Sequence record: NC_070650.1
Reading direction: 5' to 3' (one strand)
Length of the DNA: 64,000 nt
In this document: positions 18,895-27,766 of the stretch, one piece after another
Position numbering within the stretch: position 1 is the stretch's first letter
Layout of the letters: every line of letters begins with the position of its first letter
The notes under the pieces: model-generated
Databases searched by the model: none
What the model was told of the DNA's origin: nothing
What the model saw: the letters and a program-made list of their open reading frames with translations, nothing else
Translations under genes and position numbers: made by a program

Positions 18895-19557
18895 ATGAAA
18901 TCATTTGTATTTCCAACTGAAGAACCTACGGTAGATGTCGTCGAATACCCTTTCCTGAAAACAATCGTCAATCAATTGGAAATGGCGGTTGGTAAACATT
19001 CCCCTTACGCGCGGGACATGTTGTTTCATAGTGGTAACTGCGATAGCAACATCGATACCGATGTATTCAAGCTACGGGCCCATGATTATTCTGCGGAAGG
19101 CGACGATAACACCTGGAACTTCATCTGGGGTGATTTCGCCATTCAGTGGTACAAACACAGCGGGCGTTGTTTGGTGTGTACTCGCAAACTGTCAGCCGTT
19201 GAATTCGTGCAAATGATCCGCGAGGTGCAGGCGGTACTCTGTACTTTGACCTTCACTCAGTATTCAAAACGTGATTCTCGAGGTGAGGAACTGCCTCCGA
19301 CCCCGGAAGATGTTGAACAAAGACTGTTATCGTTACAACTCAACGCCCGATATGGTGCTCACGGTACGGCGCCGGCTAATTCTGGGTCGAACTTAACCTC
19401 AGCATGCAAAATCACTGAACAGATGCGCGCATATTCCCAATCCCATCCCCGGGAGGTGGACTATCTAATCTCAACTCCCGTTAGTGCGGAAGACCCGACC
19501 CCAAATTTGATGTTGCGTTTACTTAAACGTAGAAAAGAGTTGAAACAACAACGATGA
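18895..19557 (+). CDS. hypothetical protein
   Basis: AAGGA SD; WNFIWGDFAIQWYKH motif. Confidence 0.75.
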   Translation: MKSFVFPTEEPTVDVVEYPFLKTIVNQLEMAVGKHSPYARDMLFHSGNCDSNIDTDVFKLRAHDYSAEGDDNTWNFIWGDFAIQWYKHSGRCLVCTRKLSAVEFVQMIREVQAVLCTLTFTQYSKRDSRGEELPPTPEDVEQRLLSLQLNARYGAHGTAPANSGSNLTSACKITEQMRAYSQSHPREVDYLISTPVSAEDPTPNLMLRLLKRRKELKQQR

Positions 19558-20096
19558 CCGATACTCATACTCCGCAGATATACTTCGTCGGTGATAATCA
19601 CATCGATGATAAAATCATGTTGAAATATCGACCTTATTTCAAAACCATGAAAGACCACAACAACGCCACCTGGGGGTTATTGGACCAGGTTACTGCTGAA
19701 GACGTTGTTTGTTTCATGGGTGATAATTTCTTAACACCTGAATCCCTAGAACGGTTGGCAACCTATCCGTTCAAGAAAATTCAATTGTTGGGGAACCACG
19801 AATTTGAAAAAGGCGTGACTATCCATCAGTTGGCTAAGGTCATGGATGAGATTCACGGTTGTTTAAAGTGGGAAGAGTTTTGGTTGTCTCACCTTCCCGT
19901 ACATAAACGTGTTCTGGGTCCTGGGATGTTTAATATCCACGGCCACTTTCATGAAAACGCCATCTCCATGGATAAACGATACATCAACGTCTCTATGGAG
20001 GCCACCTACTTTCGGTTAATATCCCTGGAAGATATCCGGACAGGCGCCTACACCCCATTCCAAAACCCATTTGAGGAAAGACATCATGGCAGTTAA
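19554..20096 (+). CDS. calcineurin-like metallophosphoesterase
   Basis: GDNH, MGD, LGNHE, LSHLP, NIHGHFH motifs. Confidence 0.9.
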   Translation: MTDTHTPQIYFVGDNHIDDKIMLKYRPYFKTMKDHNNATWGLLDQVTAEDVVCFMGDNFLTPESLERLATYPFKKIQLLGNHEFEKGVTIHQLAKVMDEIHGCLKWEEFWLSHLPVHKRVLGPGMFNIHGHFHENAISMDKRYINVSMEATYFRLISLEDIRTGAYTPFQNPFEERHHGS

Positions 20097-20724
20097 CGCT
20101 TTCAACTATTATGTTTATACGTCATACCCCGAATCAAAAACGACTCGGATTAGCGCTCGGTCAATTGGCAATTGTTTAATCGCCACCACCTTTAAATTCG
20201 ACGAAGAACCGGATAGTTACCTGACTGTTCTGGAAGTGCTCGGTATTCCAGGGCACGATGATGGCGTTGAACTCTTCCGGCACTACCATCAAGAACCAGA
20301 ACCAGACAAAGTTATCAGCGAACTGCTGACCTACGTATATCACGGTCTTTTAGACGCCATTAATTTTGGCACTAAACGCACCGATAAAAATCACATGCGG
20401 ATTGCGCAGCGCTGTGTTTTAGACCACTTCGATCAGCATTTGTCCCGGTATGACCTTAAGTTCCGAGTAGATCGTCAGGATAGTTTCGAGAGTTCTGATG
20501 GGTTCGTTTGTACCCAACGGGTCATTTCTGAACGTCGGCACGGGTGTTGCGAATACACCTATCAGATGGATGTAAAAAACAAATCGACGGGTGTCACTCG
20601 CAGTCTACGTTGGGATGCGGTAAATACCGACACACTCCCGATGTTTTCATGCAACGACATCCATCGGCGCCATACCAAAGAGATCGACCGACTGTTCCAG
20701 GACCTGGAAAAATCCACCGACTAA
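20086..20724 (+). CDS. hypothetical protein
   Basis: GAGG SD before ATG 20086. Confidence 0.75.
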   Translation: MAVNAFNYYVYTSYPESKTTRISARSIGNCLIATTFKFDEEPDSYLTVLEVLGIPGHDDGVELFRHYHQEPEPDKVISELLTYVYHGLLDAINFGTKRTDKNHMRIAQRCVLDHFDQHLSRYDLKFRVDRQDSFESSDGFVCTQRVISERRHGCCEYTYQMDVKNKSTGVTRSLRWDAVNTDTLPMFSCNDIHRRHTKEIDRLFQDLEKSTD

Positions 20725-20735
20725 AAGGTGACGCC

Positions 20736-20906
20736 ATGTTAGAAACACTCATGCCCTTCCTACCCGTGGTTTGGGTAGGAATGTTAATCTACGCCCTTGC
20801 TTCGGCAAGAGGGAACGCCGGTACAATCCATCTGGTCTTATCCATGATTGGATTGTGTTTTACCACCTACTGGATGATTTATCATTTCAGTGCTGATAAG
20901 TTATAG
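20736..20906 (+). CDS. small two-TM membrane protein
   Basis: AAGGTG SD; 56 aa with two hydrophobic stretches. Confidence 0.65.
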   Translation: MLETLMPFLPVVWVGMLIYALASARGNAGTIHLVLSMIGLCFTTYWMIYHFSADKL

Positions 20907-20919
20907 CGGGGTAATCTAA

Positions 20920-21522
20920 ATGTCCATCAGTCATCCTAATGGTAATTTCGACGTCAACAAACTGATTTATGTTGGCGTCGCCACGAACTCATGTGCGGCA
21001 ATCCAAGAAGGGATTATTACTTGGAGCAAAGCTCTGGATATCGACCCATCTGAAATTATCTATCTGGTCGAAGAAAATAGTTTAGGGAAAGCATTGCTGG
21101 ATTCGTTTCCCAAACGTCCTCAATATATCGCGTGGCGGGAACCCCCCGAAGATGTTGTAGGGGCGGTGGAGGCGGCCGTTTCCACCATACCTGATAAAGT
21201 TAAGATCGTGGTGGTAGCTCACCTGCACGGCGCTTTCACCACCGATGTAGATTTAAGGGTATTACGGCATTTAGCGCAACGCCGTAATTTACTTTTAGTG
21301 GTTCCTGCCATGCTGCGTGAAGACATATCGCTTGACAATGCCGGCATAGAAACACTGGGTGAATACGTTAAGGCTAACTTACCGTACAAATACTGTCGTG
21401 ACGTGATGGCAGCAGATGTGGGGATTGTTATGGCCAACGTAAATGGTTGGGTAAGCGCTGTGGCAAAACATCGCGGTGTCCTGAAAATCCCGGACTCTCA
21501 GCGGGTTACTCAATTATCGTAA
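20920..21522 (+). CDS. degenerate DnaB/RecA-fold protein lacking Walker motifs
   Basis: LRHLAQRRNLLLVVPAML, DVGIVM and VAKHRG follow the order of DnaB C-terminal motifs. Confidence 0.5.
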   Translation: MSISHPNGNFDVNKLIYVGVATNSCAAIQEGIITWSKALDIDPSEIIYLVEENSLGKALLDSFPKRPQYIAWREPPEDVVGAVEAAVSTIPDKVKIVVVAHLHGAFTTDVDLRVLRHLAQRRNLLLVVPAMLREDISLDNAGIETLGEYVKANLPYKYCRDVMAADVGIVMANVNGWVSAVAKHRGVLKIPDSQRVTQLS

Positions 21523-21549
21523 TTAATTTACAGGGTACCGTAAATGTAT

Positions 21550-21574
21550 TAGGTGGGCAGCCCCCACCTATTTT
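21550..21574 (+). terminator. terminator-like hairpin
   Basis: TAGGTGGG-CAGCC-CCCACCTA followed by TTTT. Confidence 0.7.
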
Positions 21575-21623
21575 ATCAACCACTCACAATCGATAGCAAT
21601 AGGTCTATTCGAAAGGAGCTAAT

Positions 21624-22307
21624 ATGTGTGAAGCAGTAAACTGCAAACTTATTGATATTACTTCAACTGGTTATTCCATGCGGTTTAACGCAGAAGAAGG
21701 CCTTACTTTCACAATAAAAGTGAACAACAACACCATTTCCAAACTTACTCACCTTTATGCCTTATTACACAAAACGGTAAATAGCCGCCATGAATTCTTA
21801 ATCGGGTGTCAATTACCGATAGATGCATCGCAGCGGGATGACGAAGATTCCTTCGATTTAAGTTCGAAGAATTTCTGGGTGGCGAAGAAAGGGCGCGATG
21901 AGGGCCTGATTAGCATTCCTGGATTTTCTCAGTCCATTTCAGTAAATTTAGCGGATTTATTTAAATCCATCGTTTATATTTACGACCAGATGTTCGGTTC
22001 AGTGCCGATGTCTGATGTCTCAGATGTACCCGCGATGAGTCTGGTAGATGGCTGTCCAGCCGCTTTTGATGTAACGTTGTTGCGCTTTCCTAAGGCGTAT
22101 GGGATAGTCAGTTTGTGCAGTAGCAGCAAACGCATGGTTATTCAACACGTGCATCCTGCTGGATACATAAACGAATATGCTAGGATGCCTAATTTTGGGG
22201 TAACGGAATACGAATTGGATGCCGACGATTGTTGGGTCAACTCGCCTTCTCGGTTTATCGGGGATACTAGGCTATTGAATAGCGTCCAACACTTTAAACT
22301 GTACTAA
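21624..22307 (+). CDS. hypothetical protein
   Basis: 227-aa ORF with AAGGAG SD. Confidence 0.8.
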   Translation: MCEAVNCKLIDITSTGYSMRFNAEEGLTFTIKVNNNTISKLTHLYALLHKTVNSRHEFLIGCQLPIDASQRDDEDSFDLSSKNFWVAKKGRDEGLISIPGFSQSISVNLADLFKSIVYIYDQMFGSVPMSDVSDVPAMSLVDGCPAAFDVTLLRFPKAYGIVSLCSSSKRMVIQHVHPAGYINEYARMPNFGVTEYELDADDCWVNSPSRFIGDTRLLNSVQHFKLY

Positions 22308-22373
22308 ATAGCCGGGTGGGTGACTTCAAGTCACCCACCTGAATTATTGCGTTTTTTATTGGGGATTACGCAC

Positions 22374-22907
22374 ATGAGCGATAACGTTGTATTTCGTAAT
22401 GCTGTCGAATTAAAAACCGCGATCGGTGAAAAAGCGCGACTGGGAAAAGGGAACATGTTTGGTATATCGGTCGAACAATCTCCCCGCAATACCGTTCTGA
22501 TTGCCACGCAGCTGGTTGCTAAAATCACAGACCCCAAGACCCCGGCGATTATCTATACCGATATTCCAGAGGATGTAAACGTCAGATTGACGATGCGGAA
22601 GGAACAAGCCATCATCGTCACTGATATGGGCGACTTGAAAAAAGAAGTTGTACGTATAGCTGAAGAAGAAAAAATAATCCCGACTGTACTGTTAGCCTGT
22701 TGTGACCGACCAAACCTTATCACTTATAATGAAGAAGTCGGGGATAACGTATTTACTTTTTTGGCGGTTCCTGGAAAACACCCTAATGGATTGGGTCTGG
22801 GTTCTAATTTGTATTTAACTGAGTATTTCATGGCCTATTTGCGGGGTGAGCGTTATTTGTTATGGCGCAACAGTACCGGCGCTAGTGGTGTAATTATCGA
22901 TTTTTAG
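22374..22907 (+). CDS. hypothetical protein
   Basis: ATG 22374 lies after a hairpin at about 22315-22339. Confidence 0.7.
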   Translation: MSDNVVFRNAVELKTAIGEKARLGKGNMFGISVEQSPRNTVLIATQLVAKITDPKTPAIIYTDIPEDVNVRLTMRKEQAIIVTDMGDLKKEVVRIAEEEKIIPTVLLACCDRPNLITYNEEVGDNVFTFLAVPGKHPNGLGLGSNLYLTEYFMAYLRGERYLLWRNSTGASGVIIDF

Positions 22908-22916
22908 GAGAAAACA

Positions 22917-23516
22917 ATGGGTTCGCTATATTTTTATTACGGGAGCATGAACTCCAGTAAAACGGCTCAATTGGCTATGGCTGCGCACAATTATGAAGAG
23001 GCGGGGATGCGGCCTCTTTGTTTTAAACCGAAACTGGATAATCGTGATGGGGATACCCCCATGATTGTCTCCAGAATAGGTTTGAAACGGGAAGCCCTGT
23101 GGTTTACTCCGGAAGATAACCTCGCACATAACTATCGGGCCTACTGCAACCATACCGGACACCACCACCATTGTATCCTGGTGGACGAAGCTCAATTCCT
23201 TACGGTAAAGCAGGTAAAGCAGTTAGCGTCACTCACTAACCAGTTTGGTGACTTGTCGATACTCTGTTATGGCCTAAGAACCGATTTCCAAGGAAAATTA
23301 TTCCCCGGTAGCGCTGAGCTATTAGCCCAGGCCGAACATATTGGTGAAATCAAAGGGATGTGTGTTAACGGGTGTGGAAAGAAAAGCACCCACGTTCTGC
23401 GTTATGATACCAATGGAGTATTGGTGCGGGAAGGTCCTCAGGTACAAGTCGGTGGCAACGATGTTTATCGTGCTGTTTGCCGTAAATGTTTTGCTAAGGC
23501 ATGGGGTGGGAATTGA
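22917..23516 (+). CDS. tdk: thymidine kinase
   Basis: YGSMNSSKT, VDEAQFL, YGLRTDF, C-terminal Zn cysteines. Confidence 0.97.
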   Translation: MGSLYFYYGSMNSSKTAQLAMAAHNYEEAGMRPLCFKPKLDNRDGDTPMIVSRIGLKREALWFTPEDNLAHNYRAYCNHTGHHHHCILVDEAQFLTVKQVKQLASLTNQFGDLSILCYGLRTDFQGKLFPGSAELLAQAEHIGEIKGMCVNGCGKKSTHVLRYDTNGVLVREGPQVQVGGNDVYRAVCRKCFAKAWGGN

Positions 23517-23518
23517 CT

Positions 23519-24058
23519 ATGAAAAAAGATTGGTTTTATTGGGCCATGCGTGTAGGTTTATACTCGGGGTACAGGAAAACCAGGCGGGATATGATGTTCA
23601 CTCGACTGCTGGACTTGAACATGTTTAATCGCAAGGTCTGGCAAGAACGTGGGAAGACAGAAACCCCGAAGCACCCCGGTAAGAAACTCAGGCAGATGTT
23701 TCTGGATTATAAAAAGACAGACGCCTGGAAATTACATCGGGTCGACCTAACGGTAACCCAGTCTCACCGGAGGGTAGTAGGTCTGAGATTGAAATCACCA
23801 GAAGGTATCGAAATAAGCTTTACGATGTATTACTGGGATATTGACCTCTTTTTACGTATCTGTGACGGATTCATCGGGATTGATAATGCGGAACTAAACT
23901 GGATGTTAAGGAAAATAAATAGGGAGGCCGCTATTGTGGGTCACCAACAAACCTATCAAGCAATAAAAGGGCGGGGTAAACGCAGCCCTCGGGATTATAC
24001 TCCAAAGCCGGGCATGACTGTCGATGAAATACTCGCGGACATTAATAATCGAACGTGA
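23519..24058 (+). CDS. hypothetical protein
   Basis: Basic ORF of about 180 aa. Confidence 0.7.
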   Translation: MKKDWFYWAMRVGLYSGYRKTRRDMMFTRLLDLNMFNRKVWQERGKTETPKHPGKKLRQMFLDYKKTDAWKLHRVDLTVTQSHRRVVGLRLKSPEGIEISFTMYYWDIDLFLRICDGFIGIDNAELNWMLRKINREAAIVGHQQTYQAIKGRGKRSPRDYTPKPGMTVDEILADINNRT

Positions 24059-24077
24059 TGCAAAATTTTTATAAATG

Positions 24078-24085
24078 CATATTAC
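24078..24085 (+). promoter_or_regulatory. early-promoter-like motif CATATTAC
   Basis: One mismatch to TATATTAC, upstream of the secreted-protein operon. Confidence 0.5.
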
Positions 24086-24124
24086 TTAGCTGACTATACC
24101 TCCACTCTATTCAGCTGAGGAACT

Positions 24125-24478
24125 ATGATGAAAAAGTTAGTGCTGTTGTGTTTTGCTTTATTTGCATCTATTGGGGTGCAGGCCCATAACTTTGGACCTG
24201 CCTCAATGCAGAACGCCCGCGGGGTTAATGAAACCATCGTGGTGATGAACTTAAAATCTACCTGGTCTGGTTTTTATTCATTTTCCGTGGGTGGCAAACC
24301 CCTGCGGGATAATGGCAATAAAATTATTCAAAAATTTGTTATTGAGGGAATGACCGCTCAGTTCCCATTCACAATCGATAACAAATATATCAAAAATGAC
24401 CACGTGATGATTTGCTCTTGGGAAAATCGTCCGGACGTTATGTTCAAACAAGAGGTATGCTTCAATGTCAAAGTGTAA
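24125..24478 (+). CDS. secreted protein, Ig/PapD-like beta fold (putative)
   Basis: Sec signal MMKKLVLLCFALFASIGVQA; beta-rich mature part with a Cys pair (ICSW...EVCF). Confidence 0.6.
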   Translation: MMKKLVLLCFALFASIGVQAHNFGPASMQNARGVNETIVVMNLKSTWSGFYSFSVGGKPLRDNGNKIIQKFVIEGMTAQFPFTIDNKYIKNDHVMICSWENRPDVMFKQEVCFNVKV

Positions 24479-24863
24479 ATTACTATTGAGCTGCCTCATC
24501 GGTATGCTGCTCAGCGCTGCCGCGTTTGCGGACATGCCCTACATCACGAACAACATTGCTGAATCGCGCGAGCGTGTGCAAAACGGCGATATGTCATGTG
24601 AAACAAGTCACCCCCAGGCAACTGTTAATGCTGGGGTCTACGGTAATAATGGACAGCAGTATCGCTATCAGGACGATGACAAAGGGGCATTCATCGCAAT
24701 CAGTATCCCCATTGGCGGTAATCAAAACAAAGTTGATTGCCAACCGATGTATGACCAAATGCTCCAACAGAAGGACTTGCAACTCAAACAACTGCAAGCC
24801 CAAAATGAAATGCTCATGAAAAACCTTCAACTTCAATCAGACCGTTCGTTAACTGCAAAATAA
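24465..24863 (+). CDS. secreted beta-hairpin plus coiled-coil protein
   Basis: Signal peptide ending AAFA; SC...GAFIAISIPIG...DC followed by a Gln/Leu coiled coil. Confidence 0.65.
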   Translation: MSKCKLLLSCLIGMLLSAAAFADMPYITNNIAESRERVQNGDMSCETSHPQATVNAGVYGNNGQQYRYQDDDKGAFIAISIPIGGNQNKVDCQPMYDQMLQQKDLQLKQLQAQNEMLMKNLQLQSDRSLTAK

Positions 24864-24874
24864 GGAACTTAGTA

Positions 24875-25378
24875 ATGAAATCACTTTATGCAATCATCGT
24901 GGTATTTATGATGACTCTGAGCACCAGTGTGCTTGCGGCATATCCGTCGGAGCAAGTGTGGAACGCCAGCATCACCAACAACCAAATCACCTGTGGCATC
25001 GACTACCCTAACGGCTCGCCAATCGAAGGCGGCATTCTGGTATCCGGTGAAAGCGGTACCGATGGCTCCAAAGCCATTACGTTTAATTTGCGCACCAATA
25101 CGCCGACCGTGGCCTGGAAACTAACCGAAGCGAAAATCGTGAACAACACGAACCGTTACAGCTTTGGTGATGACCTCACTCAGATCAGCAGCACCAGTGA
25201 TACCAGCGTGTACGTAAATAACACCGAATATTCCTGGGCTCAGGCGATGCAGGCGCATAACGTCAATTCCAATACTACCGTCGTCAAGCTGGCGCCGAAA
25301 ATCAACATGGACCAGGCGCTGCTGCCGACCGGGACTACTCGGATTCAGGGCAAGATCGTTGTGGTGTGCAGTAACTAA
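24875..25378 (+). CDS. secreted pilin/fimbrial-like beta protein (putative)
   Basis: Signal peptide ending VLA; Thr/Asn/Ser-rich; Cys near both ends; terminal strand GKIVVVCSN. Confidence 0.55.
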   Translation: MKSLYAIIVVFMMTLSTSVLAAYPSEQVWNASITNNQITCGIDYPNGSPIEGGILVSGESGTDGSKAITFNLRTNTPTVAWKLTEAKIVNNTNRYSFGDDLTQISSTSDTSVYVNNTEYSWAQAMQAHNVNSNTTVVKLAPKINMDQALLPTGTTRIQGKIVVVCSN

Positions 25379-25397
25379 TCAATACGGCAGAAAAAAT

Positions 25398-25428
25398 AGA
25401 GAGGGCAATTGCCCTCTCTTTTATGCAG
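25398..25428 (+). terminator. intrinsic terminator
   Basis: AGAGAGGGCA-AT-TGCCCTCTCT followed by TTTATGCAG. Confidence 0.8.
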
Positions 25429-25624
25429 TTTTCTTGAATAAACGGGATAAAAAATCACGACTAAATTACTCAATGATACTTTTTCTTCTTTCGCTGAAGC
25501 TATTGGAGCCTACCAGTCCATTACTGGAAGATTTGATAAGGCTGGCGTGGGTTACATTACCCACTAACTATCGGGGGGGGGAGGGTATTGCCCCCTTGTC
25601 TGATAATAACCTCGGAAAACCAAA

Positions 25625-26113
25625 ATGTCACTCATCATAAAACGAACCGAACACACTAAGTTGGTGGATTCTTTAAGGCTCCACCACACTAGGGCAAAAA
25701 TGGCGTTAAACGCCAACTCTCATTACACTTGGGAAGCACGGCGCCATAACCTGAGAGATATCATCACAATCTGTTTTCAGGCAGGCGATAGAAAGGTACG
25801 GATTGTCGACACCAATCTATCGATTGATACTCTCACGCCTTGGCCTGGATTTTATGAGTTGCCGGCCCTTTCTTTGGGTGTAGTCAAGGACGAAGAGTAT
25901 TACAACGGTTGGAACATAGCTGACCGATTGAGTGTTTTGTTGAATGTTCCGCTCCCCGGTCCAAGTGGTGGTGAGTACGCATTCAATGATACTCAATACC
26001 CCTACCTATTGACCCCGCGGGATGACTATACCGAACTCTGCATCACCGGTGCAATTGAATGCGCCAATGGAGATATCGGCATATATTTGCGGGATTTCCC
26101 ATATTCCCCGTAA
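25625..26113 (+). CDS. hypothetical protein
   Basis: 162-aa ORF whose stop overlaps repeat copy 3. Confidence 0.7.
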   Translation: MSLIIKRTEHTKLVDSLRLHHTRAKMALNANSHYTWEARRHNLRDIITICFQAGDRKVRIVDTNLSIDTLTPWPGFYELPALSLGVVKDEEYYNGWNIADRLSVLLNVPLPGPSGGEYAFNDTQYPYLLTPRDDYTELCITGAIECANGDIGIYLRDFPYSP

Positions 26114-26164
26114 CGGCATAGGAGGAGGCGAAAGCCTCCTCCAGTTATGCTGTCTTTTTATTTT
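26113..26164. repeat. 52-bp repeat copy 3 / bidirectional terminator
   Basis: Identical to 745..796. Confidence 0.95.
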
Positions 26165-26490
26165 ACTTCAGGTAAGTCTAAAGTCTGTCCAGCAAACCGA
26201 TGGGTGCAATCACCGAGATATTGAATTTTACCGTCGGTAATAAAACTATGGCACACTTTATTAATATCTTTTGCTGGGTTATCAAATTCATCCGGATTAT
26301 CTGACGGTTCCGTCCAGGTTACCAATACGGATGGCTGGAATGTTGGTTTGTCCACATCCCCATTAAACAACCATTGCGGCTGGGTAGTTCCACCGGCGCG
26401 CACTTGGTGGCGATAACCACAACCCACACACATAAAAGTATAACCCAGCATCTTACCTGTTGCATCACAAAACTCTTTTACTTTAGCCAT
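26158..26490 (-). CDS. DUF6527-like Cys/His metal-binding protein
   Basis: FMCVGCGYRH, WLFNGDVDKPTFQPSV, CHSFITDGKIQYLGDCTH. Confidence 0.75.
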   Translation of the reverse strand: MAKVKEFCDATGKMLGYTFMCVGCGYRHQVRAGGTTQPQWLFNGDVDKPTFQPSVLVTWTEPSDNPDEFDNPAKDINKVCHSFITDGKIQYLGDCTHRFAGQTLDLPEVK

Positions 26491-26511
26491 AAACCACCTC
26501 TGGAGTTAGCT

Positions 26512-26790
26512 ATGATAGAAAGAATAAAAACAATGCTATTCGGTCATAAGCTCGTCACATATTCCCCACCAAAATCCATTAGAATTATTACATTGGATGG
26601 GACTGACTTAGTTGTGGCGTTAGTCAGAATGAGATATGTTCGTTCTAGGAGATTCGGGGTCTATCGCAATGGGGATTGGTGGCTACAAGTCCATCCCATG
26701 AATATCCCCGGACCTAAGATAAACTATCCTGGCTACTGGAGCACCACCCAGGCTGCTTCCCAATACTATTCGGATTATCTGGCGGGGTAA
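26512..26790 (+). CDS. hypothetical protein
   Basis: GGAG SD before ATG 26512. Confidence 0.65.
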   Translation: MIERIKTMLFGHKLVTYSPPKSIRIITLDGTDLVVALVRMRYVRSRRFGVYRNGDWWLQVHPMNIPGPKINYPGYWSTTQAASQYYSDYLAG

Positions 26791-26795
26791 CCACC

Positions 26796-27110
26796 ATGAG
26801 CGAACGTACTAAAAACACCATAATTAATCTATCGTGCTTAATCTGGTTATTTGGTTTGTTATTAATTTCCATGATTTTGCAAAATATGATGGGGTTGATG
26901 ATATTTATTGTTGGGTACGGCTTACCATCGGTAGTACTATCCATCTTAGGATGGTTGTGGGGGGAAACCCTCGTGGATAAATTAGCGATGTCGGGTTATG
27001 GGTTTTTCTATATCGGTGATTCCGCAATCATTGCGTTAGAATCTATCCGATATGATATCGCGGATTGGCGCAGTACGCCTAAACCCAAACATAAAAATTT
27101 CAGGTATTAG
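26796..27110 (+). CDS. membrane protein
   Basis: Two hydrophobic helices. Confidence 0.7.
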   Translation: MSERTKNTIINLSCLIWLFGLLLISMILQNMMGLMIFIVGYGLPSVVLSILGWLWGETLVDKLAMSGYGFFYIGDSAIIALESIRYDIADWRSTPKPKHKNFRY

Positions 27111-27113
27111 CTT

Positions 27114-27689
27114 ATGAAGTATGTTACTGTCGTAGGCAGTCGTGAGGTGTCCGTAGAAGAATATCTTCTAATGGTAGAATTGGGGATGTGGTTATCTTAC
27201 TATTATGGTTTTTATGCTCGTTCCGGTAAAGCCACGGGTTCAGACCAAGCCTGGCAACGTGGATTCGAAATAGGGGATGCATTGCGGGGTCGCAAAGGTC
27301 ACCACCAGATATTTTTAGGGTGGCCTTCCTTCGAATGGAAAAATGGCAAGACTAGTGACCGATACGACATCGTGCCAGAAAAAGACGCACTCTGGGAGAA
27401 AGCAACGGAAATAGCATCACGCATACATCCGGCCTGGGATAAAGTTAAACCAGGAGGGAGGCTGCAGCATACTCGCAATGTATACCAGCAGTTGGGCCCC
27501 GAATTAAATAGCCCGTCTGAATTGTGTCTGTATTGTGCTGATGATGATAAGCACGGCGTCCCAAAAGGGGGTACCAGGACGGCAGTGATGTTGGCCCGTG
27601 AATATGGCATTCCTCTTTTAAATATCCGAGGTAAAACGCTCGATGAAGCAAAAGAGTGGGTATACAAACATCTTCTTTCAAACGCGTGA
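27114..27689 (+). CDS. DprA/Smf-like (SLOG superfamily) protein
   Basis: VTVVGSR, RSGKATGSD, GGTRTAV..AREYGIP motifs. Confidence 0.75.
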   Translation: MKYVTVVGSREVSVEEYLLMVELGMWLSYYYGFYARSGKATGSDQAWQRGFEIGDALRGRKGHHQIFLGWPSFEWKNGKTSDRYDIVPEKDALWEKATEIASRIHPAWDKVKPGGRLQHTRNVYQQLGPELNSPSELCLYCADDDKHGVPKGGTRTAVMLAREYGIPLLNIRGKTLDEAKEWVYKHLLSNA

Positions 27690-27694
27690 AAACC

Positions 27695-27738
27695 ATCAAA
27701 TAAAATAATTATAAACCTATATCACTTGGATGAATAGG
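27695..27738 (+). promoter_or_regulatory. 44-bp duplicated promoter element (TATATCAC core), copy 1
   Basis: Identical to 34377..34420; AT-rich, upstream of a + run. Confidence 0.75.
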
Positions 27739-27766
27739 TACCTTACTTTACTTTGAGGAGAGCATT

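Noticed and set aside
19318-19360. LQLNARYG in 18895..19557 as a PolB motif B (K..NS.YG)
   Set aside because: Isolated match lacking the catalytic Lys and other polymerase motifs.
745-26164. Repeats as a CRISPR array
   Set aside because: Copies are 8-17 kb apart with whole genes between them; no regular spacers or cas genes.
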